A stretch of 64,000 nucleotides of DNA, from the NCBI GenBank assembly GCA_965178125.1, contig OZ237759.1:496001-560000 (forward strand). The letters are read 5' to 3'. Position 1 is the stretch's first letter. Each line of letters starts with the position of its first letter. The position numbers and the translations under genes are program-made. The notes below the pieces were generated by a model that saw only the letters and a program-made list of their open reading frames with translations, did no database searches and was not told where the DNA came from. This document shows, in pieces, positions 39,038 through 50,100 of the stretch. Source of the stretch: Bilabrum cf. latius (taxonomy: Eukaryota).

Positions 39038-40940
39038 TAAACAAGTAGAGGAGCCTTTACGTTCCGCCGGAATTTGCAGAGCAACCCGAGACCGCTTTAA
39101 TCCTGCTGTACTATGGACCCGAGCCGACTAAACAGACGTAAATATATGTTTGTCAATGGCAGGAGATACTACGCTACCACTCGGGGTCTGACCAGCCTCA
39201 ACGAAACGCACTTTCCTTTCCATTATGATCGGATGCACCGACACGTCTGCACGCACCAACTGCGCTTAATTGGACCCAAAACTCCGATAAACTTCAAGAA
39301 ATTTGTACAGAGTCCCCAATCATACCTATTGGCTCGTTATTTACGAACATCTATCGCTGATCCAAAGCACTGCATTTTCTCCCCTTGAAACCGCAACTAC
39401 TGCCGCCCGGGGTACCGTCGACGATCAGAAAACTCCGCTTCTGCAACCAGAGCGTCTTGCTTCACGTATTAAGATAAGTAACAAGAATACGATGCAGCGT
39501 GAAAATAGCGAGGATGCAGTCGAATTCGTGACCGCCGCTGCTGCTGCACAACGCGCAAGCATTAATCACGGAGGGGTTGCTGCATCGCAAGCCAGTGCGG
39601 GCATCAGGGGACGTGGCGAGCACCACAGCATCGGAGATCCACTGAAAGCTTCCAATCACACCTTGCATGGTGCTGCTGCGCCAAGGGTTCCAGTCGGTGC
39701 TGGCTTTGCTCCGGCAGGCCCGAACCCGACACACAGCCAGAATCTGCCTCCCGTGCTTCGATCGGACAGCAGCGCTAGCACCTCCAGTACTCGCAGACGA
39801 GGACTTGGTGCATCAATTCGCAGTCTGTTCGGGAGGCAGCGTTCGCAAGACTCGTCGGGCGATCCTGTTGAAACGTTCCTGTGGTGAGCGATGCACCAGT
39901 GCCTGAGATTGGCACGCATCATTGCACTTACCACGACTCGTCGGCGAATTCAATTTATTATATTTATCGCTTCACATTGATAATATCTACCACTTGCACA
40001 GTCCGGTGTGCTTCGGCAACCTGCCCGAGCCTGACGGGTATCACCTGCGCGCCTGCCCCGATACGACCCACGTCGTGTGCAAGCAGTGCATGCGCGGGTA
40101 CGTGTCTGCTTACATGTCGGGGGGAGGAGCCATCCGGGAGATGACGTGTCCTATCGGGGACGAGTGCCAGGCTCCCTTCTCGCCCCTGGACGTATCGGCC
40201 ATCGACCCCGAGGGGGCCGAGGGTCCTCTGTTCCAGAGGTACAGCCGGTTCGCCAAGCAGCAGTCGGGGAAGCACGCGGCGTGTCCCAAGTGCGGCTTCT
40301 TGAATGAGGGCAATCCGGAAGCATCGCCGAAGATGCAATGCATTGAATGTAGCACGAAGTACTGCTTTCACCATGGGTCGTAGCACGACCCCGACAAGGA
40401 GACGTGCGACCAGTACTTGCGACGGTCGGTCCGCGCAGAGCAGGCAAGCAATGCGGTGCTAAGCCGCACTACGTGCGAATGTCCCGGGTGCGGGCTGCAT
40501 GTGAACAAGCGATCAGGTGAGTCGCGTGCATTGGAGTTTGAATGAGTGCAGTCATGTCGAGCAAGTGTATTACGAGCTGTGCTCGCTCGTTGCCGCTTTC
40601 GTACATGTGTGTAAGCATCTTGTCCGTTTGTATGAAATTTTATATCTACGCAGGCTGCAATCATGTGAGGTGGATGCATTGAATTTGCTGCTCGTCGCGC
40701 TGCGTGCTGCAATCGGCCGGTTTTGCTGGGCACTTGCTTGCTTCACGCTTGCTCTCAACTCCTCTCACAGATGACGTGCCGCTGCGGGGTTGAATTCTGC
40801 TGGCTGTGCACGCGACGCATCGGTCGTGGGGCCACTGAATCTGTCGGGCAGCACTTTAGCATGAACAATCCGCGGGGCTGTCCGGGCATGCAGATGACTG
40901 GTGGAGCGGCAAGGAGCCGGTTCCGGACAGACGCTCAGAT

Positions 40941-42563
40941 TGAACCTAGACTACAGATCAGATTTGTTCCTTCAACCACACCCATTGGCTCATCTTCACG
41001 GCTGCTGCAAACTCCACTGGTTGGCAGTTACCAAAAAGAAAAATTCCTGCCCCCGGTCCCGCGGACCCACTGGGCTTCACCCCGAACGACTGGTTCTTCA
41101 CCGGTCCACCTGAATGCGGTATTCATCTGACACTACGAATGTACACACCACTTTCCCCATGCACCCGACTGGCCTCGTCGCCACATGGCTTCCTGTTCCT
41201 GTTCCCCGCCCTAGGGACCGTGTGCTTTGCTCCCAGCATCGCCACCTTGGCCCTATCCTTTCAGCTTGCACGCGCCGGTCCTGGCCGACCTGCCGTGCGC
41301 CCCATCTGTCCACCCACCTGTTGGCCTTCTGCGTGCTGCTGGCCATGCAGTCCGCTGCCACCCGCGTCTCCCTCGTGCCTTGCACCTGGAGCCCCCATTC
41401 CTCCCGTTGTGTTCTCCCTGTTGACACCGCACTGTCGTCGCCTGTGCCGGTGTCCCCCTCTTCTTCTCCACCTCCTGTCCTTCCGCCTCGTCTTCCGTCT
41501 CACCTCTGCTCCCCGTTGCTTCAATCCTGATGTCCGAGTACATATAACATGAACCTAGACTACAGATCAGATTTGTTCCTTCAACCACACCCATTGGCTC
41601 ATCTTCACGGCTGCTGCAAACTCCACTGGTTGGCAGTTACCATTACTTCCATTACTTGCACACAGTTCGCGCTGCATGTGCCAGCGCGGCCGTCCACACC
41701 TGAGTTGGCTGGGACAGGTCCGTGCCGACCGGCAGGGGAAGGGCGCTGAGCGCGAACAGCGCCTCGTTGCAGTACCTGCGCACGGCCTTGGTAGAGGCCC
41801 ATCCACCGGCGCGCTGGATAGTGCCGTCACTGCAGCCTTGCCGGGATAGCGTGGAGATAGCTGTCACCCGAAGGCAGTGCCCGGTGAGGGTGCGCCCCTC
41901 GCTGGTGCAGCATCGCCGGAGCTCACGCGCGACTGTAGCTGACGTGAAGGCTGGTCCCTCATCGGCGAACAGGTAGTGCGATCCTGTGGGGGGCCGCTTC
42001 TCCACATAGTCCCGCAAAGTGCGGACGTTGGAAATGCCGTGACGCATCTGCAGCCATTCCAGCAGGATACGGAGCCCACAGAACCGCGCCCCTGTCACCG
42101 TGCCGGCCGCGTACCGGACCGGCTAAGCTGCGCTGAGAAGCAGCGTGCGTTTGTCCCTGCTCTTGTTCGGCCCCAACATCAGCTCGATGGACGTGACCGC
42201 CCCATCGCTTGTGCAGTTGACCACCATGAAGCCCCTGGCGAGGCCACGCTGCATGTCACTGGCATCAGCTCGGGTGATCTCGCCGAGCCGTGCTGCGGTG
42301 AAGAATGCGACCGCGCCGGCGACGCGTGCGGCATGCTGGCCCCGTGTGCCGCCGTTGGTTCCGAGCCAGCGTGCCAGGGCAGTGAGCTCCACGGGGTGCT
42401 TGCGGCCGCGGGCGGCACCGTTGTGTTCTCCCTGTTGACACCGCACTGTCGTCGCCTGTGCCGGTGTCCCCCTCTTCTTCTCCACCTCCTGTCCTCCCGC
42501 CTCGTCTTCCGTCTCACCTCTGCTCCCCGTTGCTTCAATCCTGATGTCCGAGTACATATAACA
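40941..42563 (-). mobile_element. 1,623-bp Ngaro-type (DIRS order) tyrosine-recombinase element with split direct repeats, lacking gag and RT/RNase H
   Basis: The boundaries are fixed by the empty site in the paralogues (GACGCTCAGAT|CGA). In element orientation: A1 42563-42418 (146 bp), YR coding region, B1 41642-41550 (93 bp), A2 41549-41404, a 370-bp spacer, then B2 41033-40941. There is no target-site duplication. Confidence 0.9.
41652..42557 (-). CDS. Tyrosine recombinase catalytic domain (~301-aa ORF)
   Basis: ORFs 42123..42671 and 41652..42098 are in frame across TAG 42125-42123. Catalytic motifs FFTAARLGEI (R), GPNKSRDK (K), GHCLR (HxxR), GGW and VRRY (Y) are present; TAA stop. The ATG lies inside repeat A1, so it may not be the ancestral start. 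Confidence 0.85.
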
Positions 42564-43428
42564 CGAGGCGGATGCAGCTGCGCATGAAGCTTGGATGGCT
42601 TGCTGCAGGTCATTGTGGCCTCTGTGGTTCGTGCTGGCACCGTGAGAGATGCTTATTGCATGAAGGCGCAAGTGCTTCCATGCTCCCCGGAGTTTCGTTC
42701 GGATCCTGCCACTAGACTAGGTCTGGCTACCGTTCTGCACAAGGGCACTGTCCAGCTGCGTTTATTTCTATGCATTCAATGCAGACTGATTCATTTGGTT
42801 TTAGGGATCGCCATGATATTTTTCATGATGCTGATCATTCCGCCGATGCTTCTTTGCTTGCCCTGCCTCTTCATGGAGGATGATGACTGCTGCTGTCCCG
42901 AACAGTGCCGCGAAGCCGAAATGCGGATGTGCGGAACTACGGTGGAGCCAATGTTTGAGTGGTTCTTGGCTCCAATTGACATAATTCCGGAGTACATGGA
43001 AGGGCTGTGCAGGGTGGCCTATGGCGACGAGTGTGCTGACGATTGCTGAAGGTGTGGATGGTGCTGCAAGCGGTGCGGTGTGCTGAGTCTCGTTCGAATA
43101 AAAAGGCAATATATGTGTTCGTTTGGCCATGTTGTCATGCGTGAAAGCAACATCATTACAAGCCGAAGTCATTCTGCGCGGTATTATCAATTGCGACCCC
43201 CTATGCTGCCCCTGTCCTGCTTCCCAGGCTGCCACTTGCTGCAATGGTTCTAGCTCGATCGCGAGCTTTATCGACACCCGCCAACATGCCCTTGCTCATC
43301 TTGGGTAGCTACCTGCCTCGTCATTGCACCCTTCTACCCGTTGCACATCAGGCAAGGCCTCATTCTTTTATCAGATAGCTGCTCCTCGCTCTGTCCTTCT
43401 CTTGCCTGGCGAGTGGGAGAGGAGCCCC

Positions 43429-43456
43429 CCGACGGGTAGACCGGTCTACCCGTCGG
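43429..43456. repeat. Perfect 28-bp palindrome CCGACGGGTAGACCGGTCTACCCGTCGG
   Basis: The sequence equals its own reverse complement, with no spacer. Confidence 0.95.
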
Positions 43457-44047
43457 AAGGGAAGGAGCAGCAGGGCCAAGAGGCCTTCTCGCTGTCGGCA
43501 GTCATCTCAATGTTCGCCTTGATATTCTCAGCCATGAGCCGGTTCAGTTCTGTCTTGAGTGTGCACAGCACTTTACAAACTTCATATCCGGATTACACAA
43601 CCGGAACGTGTATCATCTGACTGCCACTGCAGACTCTGGATTTCGGGAAGCAAAAATAGCAATACTCACAAGTAATGCGCTATTTTCTGGAGCGAGCAGA
43701 GCACGACCTCACGTGCCTCACAATCGAGTTTTTGTTCTGTAGCATGCACTGCTGACCCCACCCACCCAATCAGGTGCAAAGGTTCCCAAAGCAGCTTGGC
43801 AGGCATTCAGCCGGAATAACCCTCCCCACCGCCCCCTGCCCCCGGGAGGCGGTTCAAAAGACGGCTTAAGATTATCACCACAAAGCCACTGTATGAGTCC
43901 GGGTGGTTTCAATCTTCTTCTTGAAAGTTCCAGAGTGGTCTTAATCTTCTTCTAGAGTGGTTGCAACCGCGCACCGAAGCTCCGCTTCTGCAACCAGAAC
44001 GTCTTGCTTCGCGAATTCAAACTAAAGGGAAGAGATCTGTGAACACG

Positions 44048-45994
44048 ATGCAGCGTGAAAATAGCGAGGATGCAGTCGAATTCGTGACCGCCGCTGCTGC
44101 TGCACAACGCGCAAGCAATAGTCAAGGAGGCGTTGCTGCATCGCAAGCCAGTGCTGGCATCAGGGGACGTGGCGAGCACCACAGCATCGGAGATCCACTG
44201 AAAGCTTCCAATCACACCTTGCATGGTGCTGCTGCGCCAAGGGTTCCAGTCGGTGCTGGCTTTGCTCCGGCAGGCCCGAACCCGACACACAGCCAGAATC
44301 TGCCTCCCGTGCTTCGATCGGACAGCAGCGCTAGCACCTCCAGTACTCGCAGACGAGGACTTGGTGCATCAATTCGCAGCCTGTTCGGGAGGCAGCGTTC
44401 GCAAGACTCGTCTGGCGATCCTGTTGAAACGTTCCTGTGGTGAGCGATGCTCCAGTGCCTGAGATTGGCACGCATGATTGCACTTACTACGACTCGTCGG
44501 CGAATTCAATTTATTATATTTATCGCTTCACATTGATAATATCTACCACTTGCACAGTCCGGTGTGCTTCGGCAACCTGCCCGAGCCTGACGGGTATCAC
44601 CTGCGCGCCTGCCCCGATGCGACCCACGTCGTGTGCAAGCAGTGCATGCGCGGGTACGTGTCTGCTTACATGTCGGGGGGAGGAGCCATCCGGGAGATGA
44701 CGTGTCCTATCGGGGACGAGTGCCAGGCTCCCTTCTCGCCCCTGGACGTATCGGCCATCGACCCCGAGGGGGCCGAGGGTCCTCTGTTCCAGAGGTACAG
44801 CCGGTTCGCCAAGCAGCAGTCGGGGAAGCACGCGGCGTGTCCCAAGTGCGGCTTCTTGAATGAGGGCAATCCGGAAGCATCGCCGAAGATGCAATGCATT
44901 GAATGTAACACGAAGTACTGCTTCCACCATGGGTCGCAGCACGACCCCGACAAGGAGACGTGCGACCAGTACTTGCGACGGTCGGTCCGCGCAGAGCAGG
45001 CAAGCAATGCGGTGCTAAGCCGCACTACGTGCGAATGTCCCGGGTGCGGGCTGCATGTGAACAAGCGATCAGGTGAGTCGCGTGCATTGGAGTTTGAATG
45101 AGTGCAGTCATGTCGAGCAAGTGGATCACGAGCTGTGCTCGCTCGTTGCCGCTTTCGTACATGTGTGTAAGCATCTTGTCCGTTTGTATGAAATTTTATA
45201 TCTACGCAGGCTGCAATCATGTGAGGTGGATGCATTGAATTTGCTGCTCGTCGCGCTGCGTGCTGCAATCGGCCGGTTTTGCTGGGCACTTGCTTGCTTC
45301 ACGCTTGCTCTCAACTCCTCTCACAGATGACGTGCCGCTGCGGGGTTGAATTCTGCTGGCTGTGCACGCGACGCATCGGTCGTGGGGCCACTGAATCTGT
45401 CGGGCAGCACTTTAGCATGAACAATCCGCGGGGCTGTCCGGGCATGCAGATGACCGGCGGGGCAGCAAGGAGCCGATTCCGGACAGACGCTCAGATCGAA
45501 GCAGACGCAGCGACGCATGATGCTCGGCTGGCTTGCTGCAGGTCACTGTGGCCCATGTGGTTCGTTTTGGCACCGTGAGAGATGCTTATTGCATGGTGGC
45601 GGAAGTGCTTTCGCGATTGTTGGATTGCATCTGGGTACTCACAGTCTTGAGCCCGCTGACCGTTTTGATGAATCAATGCGCTTCCAGCAGCATCCATCTT
45701 TTTCTTCTTTTCCCCTACGTAGCCTACAGACTGATCCATTTGGTTTTAGCGATCGCCATGATGGTGTGTATGGTGATGATCATCCCGCTCATGATCATTT
45801 TCATACCCTGTCTCATATTCGAGGATGATGACTGCTGCTGTCCCGAACAGTGCCGCGATGCCGAAATGTGGATGTGTGGTATGACGATAGAACAAATCTT
45901 TGAGTGGTTCTTGGCTCCAATTGACATAATCCCGGCGTATATGGAAGGGCTGTGCAGGGTGGCCTATGGCGACGAGTGTGCTGACGATTGCTGA
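44048..45994 (+). CDS. RBR-type E3 ubiquitin ligase with C-terminal hydrophobic segment, paralogue 3 (intact, ~476 aa); exons 44048-44439, 44558-45072, 45210-45220, 45327-45574, 45730-45994
   Basis: RING1-IBR-RING2 Cys/His pattern. Exon lengths sum to 1,431 nt (477 codons) with GT-AG introns and a TGA stop. Confidence 0.9.
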
Positions 45995-47070
45995 AGGTGC
46001 GGACGGTGCATGCAACATGCAGCTATGTGCTCGTTTGAAATTGAGGACGACGTGGCTAATGTGTAGCCTCATGGTAGGCTTGGTGGGGACAGTCATACAG
46101 GCTGGACTCTTCATAACTTATTGAGCACCTAACCTGTTCTCTCCTGGCCTCAGCGGCAGCTGCTCGCGCTTTTTCGGCACCCATCAGCCGCAATTACCTA
46201 TCTCATTCTTAGATCTACGCATCAACGCCCCCGTGCGTGGTGCGCATCAGGCCAGAACTCAACTAGTTCCATGCGGCGGCTGCCAGTGCCCTTGCTATCT
46301 CTCACGCCAGCCTCATCAACCGGTTGCCAGGCTTGAGCTGGATACTTATGCGCCGGGTCGTGTCCAGCAGCTTACAAATGTCTTGTTGACCCTAAATACA
46401 CAGCGTCAACCAGGCATTTGGGCCTGTATTCCGGAAAACAGAGACCTCGAAGATGAAGCCTCGCTCGCATCGGGGCGTGAGGGGCTTGCACCTGTGAGGC
46501 TGAGGTCGCGCGCTGGGCACAGCGGTGATCCACCGTAGCGGGGGGTGATTGAGGTGCAGGTAGGGAGGGGGGGATAGAATGGAGGAAAGGTGGACGAAGC
46601 GGGAGACACGGACAGGGCAGGAATGTGGGAAGTGGGCGGTGGTGCCCGGAGGGGTTCTGGGCTAGGATGGGGTAGGAGAGTGTACCCCATACTCTGCCCT
46701 GTCTGTGTTACCTAAACACAGACGGGACGGCATCCCTCAATCCAAAAAAAAAAAGAAGGATTCTGATCCCGGATGCCGTCACCTCAAGGATCTGCAGTTA
46801 TCGAGTCTGACGCGGCGGGCTACAGCCGCAGGCCACATGCGAAAGCTACGAAGCACTTTGGTTTTTTTTGGCAGGTTTTGCGTTTTTGTTGTGTATGACA
46901 GTACAGATACCCATGGATACCCGTCTATACCAGGATCGGATTGGGCGGTCCGATGCCGGCGTAGATTTTGCTTTTGAAAATAGGCTATAGAAATATCCAT
47001 ACAAGTTGTTCCTAAAGCAATCTAAGTATCCAAATATGGGATACGAGAAAGACCCAACACTGGCAGTGTG

Positions 47071-47117
47071 ATCCGGATTCCGGATCCCGGATCCCGGATC
47101 CCGGATCCAGATCCGAT
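47071..47117. repeat. Short degenerate (CCGGATC)n array
   Basis: ATCCGGATTCCGGATCCCGGATCCCGGATCCCGGATCCAGATCCGAT, just downstream of the stop at 47152. Confidence 0.8.
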
Positions 47118-47151
47118 CGCCACATAGACAAGCCCCAGCCCACTCCCTGCA

Positions 47152-50100
47152 TCATACACCGAGCAGACCCTTTGCGACCATGTCACCCCCCTGGGCCATC
47201 CGCCCTGTCACCGAGGTCGCTTTCGTGCTGCCATCGTTGATCATGAAGGGCTTGGCGCTGCACATCTTGGCGGCTACGCACATCTCCTCCGTGTCATAGC
47301 CGTGCAGGTACCTATCCACCAGCGTGTCCAGGGCCAGGCGCAGGGAAGCGCAGTGCCCCATGAGAATGGAGGGCATGCCCAGGTCCTGGTCCTCACCGAT
47401 AGACACCTTCTCACCAGCGGAAGTGAACTCGGTGGCGTAGCTCCACTTGCCGCCGGAAAGCCGCCCCGCGCCGTCAAGGCCGTGTGCCATGGGCCGCTGA
47501 GGCATGCCCACAGGGGATTGTCCCCGCCACCCCTGCCCTGCACCTTCGCCTGATCCTGAAGAGCTCGTGCTGGCGCTGGTGGGCGCAGTCATTGTGCTGC
47601 TTGTCGAGCTCGTCGTGGTGGTCGTGACAGTAGCCCCGGTGCGCATCTTCTGCGACTCGACCGAGCTGGCATCCACCGCACCTGTGCGCATCTTCTGCGA
47701 CTCGACCGAGCTGGCATCGACCGCACCTGTGCGCATCTTCTACGACTTGGAAGGGTCGCCATCAGCACCCGCACGCTCCTGCAACAGCACCCCCGGCGCT
47801 GTTCCCTGGAACTGTGCCCCCGACCGACCCACTCCGTTCCGCTGCCTGTACGCCTCTTGCACGTTGTCGATGGACCCGATCTCTGCCCTCCGGCCCGACT
47901 GCTCTGCAGGTGCCATCTCATCGCCTGAGCTGGGCTCCTCGTTCAGCGGAGGCAGAGGGCCGCCTTCGCTCCCCTGCCCGCTGCACATCTTCCCCACCGC
48001 GATCCGGATCGTCGCGACGGCCCTGTCTAGTTCAGACCTGGCCTTGATCCGTCTGAGCCTCCTGAGCGCCGCGTAATCGCTCTCGCCCCTGTACCTCTAC
48101 CTGCAGATCCTCGTGCCCGGCCTGCACGCGTGCGGCATCGGAGTCAGCCCCAGGCCACCCAGCACGTTCGACACGAACGAATGCCCGTGCTCATGCCGGC
48201 TCTCTGCCCCTGACTCTGCCCCCGATGCAGCTGCGGATCCAGATGACGCAAACCGCATGGCCTCCGCACCCTCCTCCTCTTCCGGCCTCTCTTCCACTGC
48301 GGGCCCCTGCATGGCCTCGTCCAGCGACCTGTCCATGGCATCCAGCGAGGACAGCGACCGCCTCGTCTCCCTGGAGCGTGCACGCTCCGACACGCTGCCC
48401 TTGCCGCCTGCCTGTGCTTGGGACTGAAGCAAACCCATGCCCAAATTGCTCAGCGCCCCACCGAGTGCCTTCGATGCCGCCATGCCGCCAGCCGCTGCCA
48501 GCTGAGCCTTCGGGTCCATAGCCCCACCACCACCGGCACCGGCACCTTGCTGTCCTGCTGCAGCCTGACTGGACCTGCCCATCTCGATCGCGCGCGACTC
48601 TCTGGCCGCCACCGCCGCTTTGCCCATCTCTTCCGCCCTCCGTCTCACGCCAGCCTTCTGCACATCCGGCGAGATCTCGTCCACGCTTCCTGCATCCTCT
48701 CCATCGGCCCCAGCGCCGCTTCCGACACCCGCACCACCACCGCCATTGCCTTGCGCATGGGCTTTGGCCAGACCCATGCCCAGCTTCATGAGATCTGCCT
48801 GTGGACTGCCGCCCCCTGGAGAGGACGAGTACGAGGGGGGACCTGCGCCCTGCTGATCGCCCGCCTTGCCGTCCCCTGCCTCGGACACGGTCACGGGGTC
48901 AAACTCGTCGAAGAGCCCGTCAGTGGAGTCGTTCGAGCTGCCCGAGCTGGCCTCCCCGCCCCCTGCCCTGAAGTAGCCCCTCAGCTGGGGCCCCTCCTTG
49001 GCGGGTGCGGGTGCGAGCCCCAGCTGGCTCGCGATGCTGCTGGCGGCGCCCAATAGTTTCCCTGCCAGTGCGGCGAATCCCTTCGGCGCCGGCTCTGCGT
49101 TAGTGGCCTACCCCGGCGGCAGAGGCACGGCAGGGTTCATCCTGGGCTCAGGGGATGGCCCCGGCGAGGGCGCGTCCAGAAGGATGCCCACCGCGGCGGC
49201 CTCCCCCGGCGACAGCGGCGCCCCCTCCGCCACGATGCCGTTGGCTTCCCTCACGTCCTCCCCCGAGATCTTCCTGACCTCCTGGCTGACAGCAACCGGA
49301 TCGTCGAAGGGGCCCGTGACAGGGGTGCCGCCTGCTGCGGGGCCCAGCCCCGACTGGTCCAGTGCGTCCTTGGCCGCGGACTTGAGGGCAGACCCGAGCA
49401 TCTTGCCGAAGCTGCCCTGACCACCACCACCACCAGTACTACCACCCAGGGCTGCGGGGACGGGCTTCAGGGGACCGGGTGAGCCGGCCGCCCTCGCTTC
49501 CACGCTGTTGGGCGTGGACCGCATGGCTCGCTCGTTGGCAGCCGGCGCTTCCTGCCCAAGGATGCTGGCCAGGTCAGCGTCATGCACCTGTTCCGGCGGA
49601 ATGGCGGTCCCAGGTGCTGGCGATGCCAGTGGGAACGCAGAAGGTGCGGCTTCCTACGGCTCCAGCTTGCTCTCTACCTTCTCCATGACCGCCTTCTTGC
49701 CGGGGAACGGGGGGATGGACGGCAGCACGATGCCCCTGGATGCCAGCTCGGCGGCTACCTGCTCCTTGGCGTACTGGATGGCGGCGTTCTTCTTCTCCCC
49801 GTCCAGCAAGTCGCCCTGCTGCTTTACCGCGGCGGCCATGTCGGCGTCGATCTTCTTGAGCTTGCCGGGCATCTCCTTGACCTCACTGGCGCTGATGCCT
49901 GCGCCTGCCTTGCGATCCAGGCCATTGGCCAGCCAATTGGCGGGAAGCGCAGCCCCTGCAGACTGCCCCTGAGGCTCCCCCCCTGCCGCGCCTGCCTTGG
50001 CAGAGGCGTGCGCACTGGCACCGCCTGCCGACGCAGAGGCCTAGGCGACGGCTTCTGCTGCCGTCTGTCGGCGGTCCACGCCGCCCACCGCGGTCACAGT

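Larger units (their letters stand above)
39492..43049 (+). pseudogene. RBR E3 ligase paralogue 2, exon 4 interrupted by the Ngaro-type element; exons 39492-39883, 40002-40516, 40654-40664, 40771-40940 + 42564-42641, 42785-43049
   Basis: Exon sizes match paralogue 3 (392/515/11/248/265) once 40941-42563 is removed. The insertion separates RING2 from the C-terminal membrane segment, so the gene is either dead or makes a truncated product. Confidence 0.82.
39433..45496 (+). repeat. Tandem segmental duplication: ~39433-40940 is near-identical to ~43980-45496, introns included
   Basis: Direct comparison of the upstream region, exons 1-4 and introns 1-3 of RBR paralogues 2 and 3. Confidence 0.9.

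Noticed and set aside
40941-42563. LTR retrotransposon, Crypton or prophage integrase interpretation of the insertion
   Set aside because: The repeats are split (A..B A..B) rather than terminal LTRs or short terminal direct repeats. There is no TSD and no phage gene, so the layout fits Ngaro-type YR retroelements.
43060-43700. Minus-strand coiled-coil-like reading (LCTLKTELNRLMAENIKANIEM)
   Set aside because: It is interrupted by TGA/TAA and has no start or splice model; at most a pseudogene remnant.
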